From IMG/VR virus record IMGVR_UViG_3300020368_000004, positions 1 through 31,875 of that record: a DNA stretch of 31,875 nt; one strand, given 5' to 3'. A model generated the notes under the pieces. It saw only the letters and a program-made list of their open reading frames with translations. It was not told the DNA's origin and made no database searches. The translations under genes and the position numbers were made by a program. The stretch's first letter is position 1, and the number at the start of each line of letters is the position of its first letter. Source of the DNA: a virus (lineage: Duplodnaviria; Caudoviricetes). Positions 16,412-25,281 of this stretch are shown in pieces.

Positions 16412-17239
16412 GTGTTTTAAAGGTAAACCTTCAGATATCTCTTCAATAGTCCATTCTGTGTATGCCAAATCGTTGAGCCATTGTGTTCTATCAGGACGGA
16501 ATGGTAAACTTATTGTTGTTAAATCTTTATTTGATACGGGCCATGCAAGGCTTTCTGGACCAGTAAAAACAGGTACGCCTTCTATTACTGCCTGGGTTGC
16601 AGGGTTACTTGACCAATTAATCACACACCAGGCATCGTCTGTGTCAAAATCAAAATCGTCATATGTGTCTTTAATTTTATTTGGTTGTTGCCTCACAACG
16701 TCCGGAAACTCGTGCTCAATGCCGTTAAGTGGACATCTTGGATGAGGTCTCCATATTATTTTTCTACTTGTCATATGTCTGATTGTTGTAATAGTATCTA
16801 GTACCCATTCTGACATTGGTGGCATATTTCGCCATTGATGACTTTTGTCATGTTGTCCACAGATGTAAATTGTTTCACCAAATGTATTCCAACGTTGCAA
16901 TTCTAAACCTAATTTTTGTACACGTTCAGGACCATTGCCGTCAGGACCAAAGTTTGCTTCGCGATTGATTCCGTTCAAGCCTACTTTCCAAGTCGTACCT
17001 CTTTTAAGTCCGCCCACTTCTAATACTAAAACATCTTTTCCTTGGTCTCTTGCTGTCTTAAATATTTTTTCATTTGGTGCCATTCTACCATTCCACAACA
17101 CACTCCATATAACAGGAATATCACAGTCATCAGTGTTGTAGTCAACTGTATGTCCTAGTGATGTGATTCCTTTTTCTAATGCCGCAAATATAGGCTTACT
17201 ATTTAGAGCGCCATATTGTGTCCATAGTCCAAATTTCAT
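16400..17239 (-). CDS. KpsC/KpsS-like (capsule synthesis) GT-B glycosyltransferase, paralog 1
   Basis: ICGQ...D-x-S, WRPHP, INWSSN...AVIEGVPVF, WLNDLAYTEW. Confidence 0.7.
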   Translation of the reverse strand: MKFGLWTQYGALNSKPIFAALEKGITSLGHTVDYNTDDCDIPVIWSVLWNGRMAPNEKIFKTARDQGKDVLVLEVGGLKRGTTWKVGLNGINREANFGPDGNGPERVQKLGLELQRWNTFGETIYICGQHDKSHQWRNMPPMSEWVLDTITTIRHMTSRKIIWRPHPRCPLNGIEHEFPDVVRQQPNKIKDTYDDFDFDTDDAWCVINWSSNPATQAVIEGVPVFTGPESLAWPVSNKDLTTISLPFRPDRTQWLNDLAYTEWTIEEISEGLPLKHLTF

Positions 17240-17248
17240 TGTTAAATA

Positions 17249-17270
17249 TCCTTGTAAGTACTTATAAGGA
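17249..17270. promoter_or_regulatory. 22-bp near-perfect palindrome between divergent glycosyltransferase genes
   Basis: TCCTTGTAAGTACTTATAAGGA, with one mismatched pair; each strand reads TAAGTA-N5-AAGGA before an ATG. Confidence 0.7.
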
Positions 17271-17277
17271 AATTAAG

Positions 17278-18096
17278 ATGGATAATATACTAGTGGTAAC
17301 AACGTTTCATGAACCAGGACTTGTTAGTTACGGCCAACGTATGCTTGATACATTTTCAAAACAAGTAGATAAAAGAATCAAGTTAGTATGTTATGCAGAG
17401 GATTGTAATCCTGTAAATCCTGATCCTGAACAAATAAAAATTGTAAATCAAAAACATTTAGACCATCTATTAAAATTTAAAGAAACTTGGAAGGACACAC
17501 CAAAAGCCAATGGAAAATGTCCTTGGCCTGAAAGAAGACCAAGAGACTGGCACAAAGAATTTAAATGGGACGCAGTAAGATTTGCCAATAAGGTGTATGC
17601 AGTGTTTGATGCTTATTACCAGAACAAAGAAGATCTTATTGTGTGGATGGATGCTGACACAGTTTGTCATAGTCCTATAAGTTATGAAAAGTTTGAATCG
17701 TTTTTCAAACCTCGCACATGGCTTTCATATTTAGGTAGAGCACATAAATGGCCAGAGTGTGGATTTTATGGCATAAGGAAAAGTGTAGCAGGTGGTAATG
17801 AATTTATTGCAGAATTTAAACGTGTATATGATGATGCTGATAACGGCATATTCAGAATGGAAGAATGGCATGACAGTTTTGTTTTTAATGAAGTGTTAAA
17901 AGGAATGCGTCACCAATATCCAGACATTAATGATCTAAGTGGACATCTTGTTAAGGGCGAAGGACATCCTTTAATCAACACAGAACTAGGTGCATATTTT
18001 GATCACCTAAAGGGTGATAGAAAAGATCAAGGCATCAGTAAGCGAAAAGACTTATTTAAATTGCGTGACGAGGATTATTGGAAGGACGTTAAATAG
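17278..18096 (+). CDS. GT-A glycosyltransferase (DxD)
   Basis: VTTF, AVRFANKV, WMDAD, YLGR...ECGF, WHDSFVF, HP...HLKG; start moved to ATG 17278 (AAGGA SD). Confidence 0.78.
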   Translation: MDNILVVTTFHEPGLVSYGQRMLDTFSKQVDKRIKLVCYAEDCNPVNPDPEQIKIVNQKHLDHLLKFKETWKDTPKANGKCPWPERRPRDWHKEFKWDAVRFANKVYAVFDAYYQNKEDLIVWMDADTVCHSPISYEKFESFFKPRTWLSYLGRAHKWPECGFYGIRKSVAGGNEFIAEFKRVYDDADNGIFRMEEWHDSFVFNEVLKGMRHQYPDINDLSGHLVKGEGHPLINTELGAYFDHLKGDRKDQGISKRKDLFKLRDEDYWKDVK

Positions 18097-19042
18097 GAGC
18101 AGGTATATTATTTTTGTCTGCCCATTTACGCATATGATTCCATATTAAACCTTGTTTAGATTCTTCCAAAGTCCAATGACACATTGCTAATTTTTGTAAC
18201 CAAGGTTCTCTATCAAAATGTTGTGGTTCAAGTAAACTATTAAAACTGTGATGTGCTACTTCCATTGCCTGACTTCTACCTGCATCAGTTAAGAAGACTG
18301 GTACACCTTCAATAGCGGCAATAATACCAGGACTACTATTGTGTCCTATCATGCAACAAGCATTTTGTAAATCTTGAAATATAGTTCGGTTTGTACTTGC
18401 ATAAACTTTTTGTGATGTCAAATGTTTTATGCGTTGTGGATAAGTTGGAGCAAGTTTATCTCCTGGATGGAATCTTACGACAATAGGGTTTGCACTAATC
18501 AATCTAACTTCTCTAATTACTTTTTCTAACCAACTAAAAACATCTTGTCCCTGCATACTCCAGCCACCATGTCTTTGGCAACAAATAAGTATATGCCCGT
18601 TATGTCCTTCCTTCCATGGCTTGACATCTATACCTAACATTTCTCTCATCATTTCCCAACGTTGTGGATCAACTATGCTAGTACAATATTCACCTGTGTT
18701 TGCAAATATGCCATCGTAACTATAACGTAGATATCCTCGACTGTTGTTATTATCATATGCTAAAAATAAATTACTGTCAACAATAATACAACGTTTACCT
18801 CTTTTAACTTGATTATCATATACATTGCGTCTTAGTTTAATGTGTGGTGTTGGTTTACTATCTGCATGAACAAAGCCTTGTATTAGAGCAACGTCTGTGT
18901 CTAATGGCATATATGTATCAACAAGTAAACCTTTGTCTCCTGTTTTGTTTACTCCTTCAATAAAATTTTTTATTATGGCAGGCTTTTCTGGTTTGCTATT
19001 TCCCGGAGGTATGCACTTCAAGTAACTTGACACTGTTAACAT
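18089..19042 (-). CDS. KpsC/KpsS-like GT-B glycosyltransferase, paralog 2
   Basis: ILICCQ, VRFHP, HNSS...AAIEGVPVF, WLQKLAMCHW. Confidence 0.7.
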   Translation of the reverse strand: MLTVSSYLKCIPPGNSKPEKPAIIKNFIEGVNKTGDKGLLVDTYMPLDTDVALIQGFVHADSKPTPHIKLRRNVYDNQVKRGKRCIIVDSNLFLAYDNNNSRGYLRYSYDGIFANTGEYCTSIVDPQRWEMMREMLGIDVKPWKEGHNGHILICCQRHGGWSMQGQDVFSWLEKVIREVRLISANPIVVRFHPGDKLAPTYPQRIKHLTSQKVYASTNRTIFQDLQNACCMIGHNSSPGIIAAIEGVPVFLTDAGRSQAMEVAHHSFNSLLEPQHFDREPWLQKLAMCHWTLEESKQGLIWNHMRKWADKNNIPAPI

Positions 19043-19839
19043 AGTTCATAATCCTTAATCATCTTCATAGCCTTACCTGACTGTAATTCTAATGGAGTAT
19101 ATTGACAGTATGCTAACCAATTCTGCCATGCAACAACTTCTTCAGGATCTGAATACAATGGACTTTCAATTTTAGATAGGTCATTTAAAACTAAGGTACC
19201 TGCGGCACAGGCTCCTGGGGCAGTTGCAAATGCAGGCACACCCCAACCTACTGCTTCAGTTGCCGCAATAGAATTATATGTTACTACTGCATATATGTCG
19301 TCTTCATTTAGTTGTGTAAGCAAACTTCCGTCTCTGATTCTTTCACGACGTAAGCCTTTGTCTCTAATTATTATCTCTCGATCAGTGTGTTTTTTTAATT
19401 CTGCTATTGTATCTTTTACCCAATCATCTCTGGTAATGCCGTAGAACTTACAAGGCTTTTCACTAGGCGTTACAAGTAAAATATTTTTTCCTGGTCTACG
19501 CCACGAGTTGAATCTTATCTGTGGTGCACCAGTTAGCAATTCAAATCTATCACTTGGTAAATCTAATCTTGGTTTAGTATGTTGCACATTGTTAGGAACA
19601 ACTCTATGCCACCATTTCTTTTTTCCTAGATTGCCTAGGTATCCTGTATCAATGTAAAAGAAAGGTCGTCCTTCATTCCAGAAGCGATGTATTTCTTTCC
19701 TACGTGTCATGGAACGTAATATTACAGGAACGTGTGCGGGGTATCTTTCAATACGAATTGACTTTGCTGGAACCACGTCTGCTTCTGTAGATTCAACAAG
19801 TAATTTTACTATCTGATCAAATTCATCTATCGCTAACAT
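19036..19839 (-). CDS. KpsC/KpsS-like GT-B glycosyltransferase, paralog 3
   Basis: YIDTGY, ILLVTPS, IIRDK (in place of R-x-HP), YNSIAATEAVGWGVPAF, WQNWLAYCQY. Confidence 0.68.
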   Translation of the reverse strand: MLAIDEFDQIVKLLVESTEADVVPAKSIRIERYPAHVPVILRSMTRRKEIHRFWNEGRPFFYIDTGYLGNLGKKKWWHRVVPNNVQHTKPRLDLPSDRFELLTGAPQIRFNSWRRPGKNILLVTPSEKPCKFYGITRDDWVKDTIAELKKHTDREIIIRDKGLRRERIRDGSLLTQLNEDDIYAVVTYNSIAATEAVGWGVPAFATAPGACAAGTLVLNDLSKIESPLYSDPEEVVAWQNWLAYCQYTPLELQSGKAMKMIKDYELC

Positions 19840-20515
19840 TCATCATATCCGCTAGTTCAATTTTCCATTCTTTGTGATAATCACAATCTCTATAATTTTC
19901 AAACCAAGGACCACCTTCGGTATAATGCAATAGTTTAGGCTTACCATCTTCTGGCTCTTTGTACCAATCAGTAAGCCAGTTCCATTCGTGTGATAGTTGT
20001 CCTACCTCACTGTCTTTAAGCCAACTAAATCTATGTAAATATTTTCCTGTTATCTCTATGTTGTTAACAACACTACTATTAATTTGCTTATTACTTGGAT
20101 GACCACAATTAAATAACATTACACTTGACCAATTTTTCCTAGGATATAGTACTTGCTTTTGACCATCCATCTTCATTCCTTCTCTAGGAGTATAATCATG
20201 ATGGACACACATTACAGCATATTTGTCATCTGCTTGGTCAAACAATTCTTGTATGTCTGTCAATAGAATCATATCGCAATCCATAAACAATGCCCAACCT
20301 TTGTAATCGCATAGTTCTGGTATTAAAAATCTTGTAAAAGTAAATTCAGTTGAGGACAAAGGATCAATTGGTCTTGTGTACCAACCCGCTTCTCTTAATT
20401 CTTTCTGTATTAGTGGACGTACTAGTACGTCTTTATTTCTTCTTGCAATACTGTGTTTGCAGACTTGATAGGCTATATCTTCTCTTGGATCGTAACCTAC
20501 GAATACTTTATTCAT
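19823..20515 (-). CDS. GT-A (GT8-like) glycosyltransferase
   Basis: VFVGYDPRE, STEFTFTRF, FMDCDM, YPRKNWSS, EWNWL, HYTEGGPW. Confidence 0.82.
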   Translation of the reverse strand: MNKVFVGYDPREDIAYQVCKHSIARRNKDVLVRPLIQKELREAGWYTRPIDPLSSTEFTFTRFLIPELCDYKGWALFMDCDMILLTDIQELFDQADDKYAVMCVHHDYTPREGMKMDGQKQVLYPRKNWSSVMLFNCGHPSNKQINSSVVNNIEITGKYLHRFSWLKDSEVGQLSHEWNWLTDWYKEPEDGKPKLLHYTEGGPWFENYRDCDYHKEWKIELADMMNVSDR

Positions 20516-21273
20516 TTTCTTATTATATCACTTTCTATACATTGCTTACCATATTGTACTTCTAAAATATGACATAGTTCTTTTGTATGATTTATGCCTT
20601 GATGCCACTCATTGACTTCAATAGTGGTACTTTGGTTTTGTTTTAATTTGCAAGATAAGTCCCAATCACTGCTAATGTTTAAGGTACCAATAGTTACCTC
20701 ACCTTTTAGAACGTACCAATGTTCTGCTCTATGTTCATGCCGTTGCATTGATAAAGATTTACCAGGTTTAATTACTAATTCTTTTACCTTGTAACCTTTT
20801 TGTTCGTCTAATACTCTATACCACCCCCAACTCCTTTTTGTTTTTGGATGCTTATATTCTTCTAATATCCAACTGCTTGAATTCTTTTTATCTTCTCCAC
20901 CTACACCAAAAACAAATTTTACTTTGTCAGACCAAAGTTTCATTTCAGGGATATTCTCAGGTGTACGGTCACCGCCGTTTGCAAATATGATTTCATGGTT
21001 GTAACCTGATGTTGCCATTAGTTTAAAAATTGCTCCAGAGGCAGAATCATCATCGTCCTCCCAAACTATAACATCATCAACCATTGACAATGCACTGACA
21101 ATTGATACTCGTTCGCGAATAGGCATAAATGGTTTTCCTTTTTTACGTGTTAACCATTCATCTGAATTTAATCCTACAACCAATTTATCGCCCAATTTTT
21201 TTGCGGCTGTAAAGTATGCTATATGTCCACTATGCAGAGGATCAAAGCCTCCTGTCACTAAAACGACTTTCAT
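20512..21273 (-). CDS. cytidylyltransferase-family nucleotidyltransferase fused to a mannose-6-phosphate-isomerase-type cupin
   Basis: TGGFDPLHSGH (HxGH), GLNSD, FANGGDR, KNSSS, then RSWG...SLSMQRHEHRAEHWYV...WH...EVQYG; start ATG 21273. Confidence 0.88.
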   Translation of the reverse strand: MKVVLVTGGFDPLHSGHIAYFTAAKKLGDKLVVGLNSDEWLTRKKGKPFMPIRERVSIVSALSMVDDVIVWEDDDDSASGAIFKLMATSGYNHEIIFANGGDRTPENIPEMKLWSDKVKFVFGVGGEDKKNSSSWILEEYKHPKTKRSWGWYRVLDEQKGYKVKELVIKPGKSLSMQRHEHRAEHWYVLKGEVTIGTLNISSDWDLSCKLKQNQSTTIEVNEWHQGINHTKELCHILEVQYGKQCIESDIIRK

Positions 21274-21278
21274 AACAG

Positions 21279-21307
21279 TATTTACACCGGCCAAAAATTG
21301 CTAATTA
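21279..21307. promoter_or_regulatory. back-to-back late-like boxes for divergent genes
   Basis: - strand TAAATA (21284-21279), 5 nt, ATG 21273; + strand TAATTA (21302-21307), 5 nt, ATG 21313. Confidence 0.6.
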
Positions 21308-21312
21308 CATAT

Positions 21313-21909
21313 ATGAAGCAAATAAACCTATTCAGTCATAATCTTTTTGTCACTGATTTTTCAAAGCATAATGATGTAAAGGATATACTTGGGCGTGTGG
21401 TAGTTGACTATCAAAAAATATCAGCGAATAATAATATTCAACACGTGAATACTTGGGAAAGTATTAACAATATACACACAAACAACGCCTTAAACCATAT
21501 TACTAAAAGTGACGAAGTTAGTAACTTTGTTAAGGAACAAGTTCAAAGTCATGACATAAAACAAGGACAAACAATAGGTATAACCAAAGGTTGGTTTTAC
21601 AGTGTGTACCCAGGCGGATGCTTAACCAAACATAGACACACAAACAGTTTTTTTACAGGTATGTATTTTTTAAATGCACCAACTAAAGCAGGCAGTTTGG
21701 TTGTAGAAAATCCAGCACCAGAATATTACTTTAATAACATACACGTTGAAAGTAAAAATCAATATAATAGTTGGGAACAATTTTGCCCAATGCCTGAAGG
21801 TCAATTGTTCTTTATTCCTGGTTATTTAAATTTTAGAACTACCATTAATAATGAAGAAAAAGATCCATTAAATATTATTTGTTTTGACTTAGAAATAATC
21901 CAAAAATGA
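21313..21909 (+). CDS. TIGR02466-like 2OG-Fe(II) oxygenase, possibly degenerate
   Basis: HRH...FTGMYFL...GSLVVENP; distal motif reads FFIPGYLNF, without the usual His. Confidence 0.7.
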   Translation: MKQINLFSHNLFVTDFSKHNDVKDILGRVVVDYQKISANNNIQHVNTWESINNIHTNNALNHITKSDEVSNFVKEQVQSHDIKQGQTIGITKGWFYSVYPGGCLTKHRHTNSFFTGMYFLNAPTKAGSLVVENPAPEYYFNNIHVESKNQYNSWEQFCPMPEGQLFFIPGYLNFRTTINNEEKDPLNIICFDLEIIQK

Positions 21910-22325
21910 AACACATAGACGAACTGTTTCAAAGCAGTAACCAAAATAAATTTAGTTATGTTTTGATGTTACCCATGCAAGATAAGGTATTAGATACTGA
22001 ACTTACAAATTGGTTGAAAGACCGTGTAAACCTGGTTAAACCGCCTGTATATAAGCAGGAAGAACTAAGGTATATGTTTGAGTGCTCTGACTATGTCCTG
22101 TGCGGTGTAGGGCCCTTAAAATGCGTCTTAGACACCACTAAACCTGTGTTCTTAAACCTACATACGGATAATTACAAAGTAGAGAACAAAGACAATATAT
22201 TTGTGTTTGATCCTTTTAGAAATGAATTAAAAAAGGAAATGGATTACCAAAAAATAATTCAGATTGCAATAGATTGTTTAAAGAAAGACTTAGATAAACA
22301 TTGGATACCTTATTATGAAGTGTAG
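21906..22325 (+). CDS. hypothetical protein (139 aa)
   Basis: Overlaps both neighbours in the + strand cassette; no motif recognised. Confidence 0.7.
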   Translation: MKHIDELFQSSNQNKFSYVLMLPMQDKVLDTELTNWLKDRVNLVKPPVYKQEELRYMFECSDYVLCGVGPLKCVLDTTKPVFLNLHTDNYKVENKDNIFVFDPFRNELKKEMDYQKIIQIAIDCLKKDLDKHWIPYYEV

Positions 22326-23256
22326 TGCTTTTTGGAATCATACCAATATTAGAAGTGGGAATAGAATCTACCCTTGTTGTAGATTCAAAACTTCTATCGG
22401 TAAGTTCGATGGTAATATAGGTGAGGTACTGAACATTCCTGAATATAAAAGAATACGTGAAGCGAATGCTAAAGGTGAATTCATTAAAGGTTGCGAGAAA
22501 TGTTGGTATGAAGAAAAAATAGGACACAAAAGTTTAAGACAAGAGTTTAATGAAAGATATGATTACGACAAAGTTGAATTAAAATTTTTAGAAATAGGTT
22601 TTGATAATTTATGTAATTTAACGTGTGATGGTTGTAATTCGGAATTCAGTACAAGTTGGATTATTAAAGAAAAGGAAATATACGGTAGTGCAAAAAATAA
22701 ATTAATGGAGATTGATGAGGTAACAAATGTACCAGAGTCTATAAACAAAATTTTATTTTTAGGAGGTGAACCTTTAATCACAGATAGGCACTTAAAATTA
22801 CTTCGTCAAGTTAAAAACAAAAACATAGAAATAATTTACAATACCAACGGAACTTTTATACCAAAAAAAGAAGAGTTAGAAGAATTTAAATTATACGAAA
22901 AGGTAACTTTTATATTAAGTGTTGATGGTGTAAAGGAACTTGCAGAAAAAGTAAGAGGTGGTACTAAATGGTCTAAGGTACTTGAATTTGTTGACTGGGT
23001 AAAAGAAAACAAATTTACACTAGAATTTAACACAGTAGTTCATACAAACAACTGGCAAGGATTAGAAGATCTCTATGATTTTTGTAGAAGGCATGATGCT
23101 AAATGGTATGTTAATTGTTTAACTTTTCCACACAACTTGTCAATCAATCAATTAAGTTTTTATAAGAAACGTAAATTAAGAAACTTATTAAAAGAAGTAA
23201 ATGTTCCTAACAAAGAATTTATTCTTGCACACTTGAATACAAAACCCATTGCTTAA
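22315..23256 (+). CDS. radical SAM protein with N-terminal SPASM/twitch-type Cys domain
   Basis: C...PCC...CEKC at the N-terminus; CNLTCDGC; FLGGEP; YNTNGT; SVDG. Confidence 0.9.
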   Translation: MKCSAFWNHTNIRSGNRIYPCCRFKTSIGKFDGNIGEVLNIPEYKRIREANAKGEFIKGCEKCWYEEKIGHKSLRQEFNERYDYDKVELKFLEIGFDNLCNLTCDGCNSEFSTSWIIKEKEIYGSAKNKLMEIDEVTNVPESINKILFLGGEPLITDRHLKLLRQVKNKNIEIIYNTNGTFIPKKEELEEFKLYEKVTFILSVDGVKELAEKVRGGTKWSKVLEFVDWVKENKFTLEFNTVVHTNNWQGLEDLYDFCRRHDAKWYVNCLTFPHNLSINQLSFYKKRKLRNLLKEVNVPNKEFILAHLNTKPIA

Positions 23257-24424
23257 TTTTTTGCAATAAAATAATAGGTTGTTTTTGCTTATGTAATTGC
23301 AAATAATGATTCCTATTATGTTCTAATATTTCTTGCATATTATTATAGATATCTTGTATGGTGTGAATGTTTTTAGAAGTTAGTATCTTTACTTGTTCTA
23401 GTGCTGACTCTAATCTTTGAATGTCATCTTCTATTTCATCATAACTTTCATCTATCATTTCATTAAATGTCATAAAGCCTAATTCTCTAACAAGTTCTAA
23501 ACTGTTAGGTAATCCTACTACTATGAAAGGATGTTTGTATAAGAAACATTTAAATACTTTTTCTGTAATTGCTTTTCTCATATCACTTTGATAAAAGTCT
23601 CCTTCAGTAATCAAACTAAAATAACTCTCACTAAAGTAATAATCAACGTTAGGCAAATTACGTGCCATCTTGCTATATGATTGTTCGTTTAAATCTAAAT
23701 GTAAAGGCAGGTTATCCTTTAGTCTTTTTATTTGTTCTTTTGAAAGTTTTGCATTTTGTAAATTTTGATCCCTGTATTTTAAATTTGTCTCATTTGTAAA
23801 TGTGCCTTGTAATACATCATTATATTGTCCTAGTGGACAACTAACAAACCCATGTTTCAATAAATCTTCCTTTGCCAGATAATCTACTGTTTGCAATCTG
23901 TGTAAACGTTCTTGCCTATTAAGACATAGATATTTCTTTTGACGTAGGTTAGTGTTTCCATTCCATTGATCTGGTTGGGTGCGTAAGTCTATGCCATCAT
24001 ATCTATCTAGACTTAACTGTACGTTAAAATATACATAGTTGTTATAATATTTTCTTTCACCAAAAACTCTTTTTATCATGATCGGTAATCTTTTATTACA
24101 ACTTAAAATTACCCAATCAGATATATTATACTTTTCTATTGCTTGTTTTAATATTTTTAAAAATTCTATATCTGCTAAACCTTCATAACTGTCGTCTATG
24201 ACAAGGAAAGTAGGCTTTGTGTAGGTTTCAAAATAATTAACAAAAGTTTTAAACACATAATCATTATCGCCTAAATACTCAAAAAATACAACAACTTTGC
24301 TAACACTGTCATCTAAAATTTTGTCATTATAACTTTTGAAATGAATAGTGTCTTTAAAGTTTTCAATAAAAGTTCCTAAACTTCTACTGTTTTGATTCAT
24401 AGTTACTAAAGGTACTGTTATCAT
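23219..24424 (-). CDS. putative glycosyltransferase-like protein (GT10/GT-B-like C-terminus)
   Basis: LCLNR...HR, FSLITE...ITEKVFK...HPFIVVG...GFMTF...IDESYD; ITEK resembles the GT10 YxTEK motif; start ATG 24424 overlaps the upstream TGA. Confidence 0.55.
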   Translation of the reverse strand: MITVPLVTMNQNSRSLGTFIENFKDTIHFKSYNDKILDDSVSKVVVFFEYLGDNDYVFKTFVNYFETYTKPTFLVIDDSYEGLADIEFLKILKQAIEKYNISDWVILSCNKRLPIMIKRVFGERKYYNNYVYFNVQLSLDRYDGIDLRTQPDQWNGNTNLRQKKYLCLNRQERLHRLQTVDYLAKEDLLKHGFVSCPLGQYNDVLQGTFTNETNLKYRDQNLQNAKLSKEQIKRLKDNLPLHLDLNEQSYSKMARNLPNVDYYFSESYFSLITEGDFYQSDMRKAITEKVFKCFLYKHPFIVVGLPNSLELVRELGFMTFNEMIDESYDEIEDDIQRLESALEQVKILTSKNIHTIQDIYNNMQEILEHNRNHYLQLHKQKQPIILLQKIKQWVLYSSVQE

Positions 24425-25281
24425 ATTTTTACATTCTTTACTACTGCTTCTTCCTGCGGTTTTAGTACAGGCTTTGCTGGACACATAGAACAAATGCTAT
24501 GTGGTTCATATATATTTTTTACAAACTTTTCTAATTCTTTTTCATCACAATCTGGATCTAGTCCTTCATATTTTAAATATGGTTCCCAATCTTTATCCTC
24601 TAACATAAAATTTTTTGTAAGATGTGTACGTACCATGCTAATAGGAGGACACTTGTATAATTTATTTTTATAGATAATAGGATATATGTTGACTCCACAA
24701 TGTTTATAACTTGATGTTGGATCGTTATCATTCCATGGTTTTAAAACTCCATCTACAACACGTCTATAATCATACCAACCACCTTGTGTCGGATCTGTCA
24801 CTTCTAACACAACTGTTTCACAGGTGTGCGTGTTTTGTGATGTTTCAAACCATTTACCTTTGCTGTAAAATGCTTGGTGTAAATTACGTTCAACTATATC
24901 TCTATATTTAGGATTTTTATTGTGTATGCTACAACTTACTTTTGCATTGCCTATCTTTTTAAGTACATTAAAAATTTTTGGACGTTTAGGTAGTAGGAAT
25001 GCATTGGTATAGACTTCAATTACTGCATGGTCAAATATTCGTCTCGCTTCAGTAAGTATGTCGTAAATCCGTGGATGTAGTAATGGTTCACCGCCAATTA
25101 TTGTTACATGATCTGGGTCTAGTCTTTTGAACCATTGCTCCATGTTTGCAACTATGTCTTCAAATTTTTCTACAAAGGCATGACCATGATCAATAAATCT
25201 ATCACAACCAGGACAGGCCAAATCACAACTTGTGGTGATCATGTATTCTAGATTTCGTATATGAAGTCCGCGATTAGTCAA
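24421..25281 (-). CDS. radical SAM protein with C-terminal twitch-like Cys cluster
   Basis: CDLACPGC, GGEPLLHP, YTNA, C...LYKCP...CSMCP. Confidence 0.9.
   Translation of the reverse strand: MTNRGLHIRNLEYMITTSCDLACPGCDRFIDHGHAFVEKFEDIVANMEQWFKRLDPDHVTIIGGEPLLHPRIYDILTEARRIFDHAVIEVYTNAFLLPKRPKIFNVLKKIGNAKVSCSIHNKNPKYRDIVERNLHQAFYSKGKWFETSQNTHTCETVVLEVTDPTQGGWYDYRRVVDGVLKPWNDNDPTSSYKHCGVNIYPIIYKNKLYKCPPISMVRTHLTKNFMLEDKDWEPYLKYEGLDPDCDEKELEKFVKNIYEPHSICSMCPAKPVLKPQEEAVVKNVKI

Noticed and set aside
24425-24493. Longer starts in the ORF track (24493; likewise 28490, 17218, 21294, 21298, 30704, 12043, 31119)
   Set aside because: They overlap neighbouring genes or promoter boxes, whereas the downstream ATGs have stop/start coupling, an SD or a promoter at fixed spacing.
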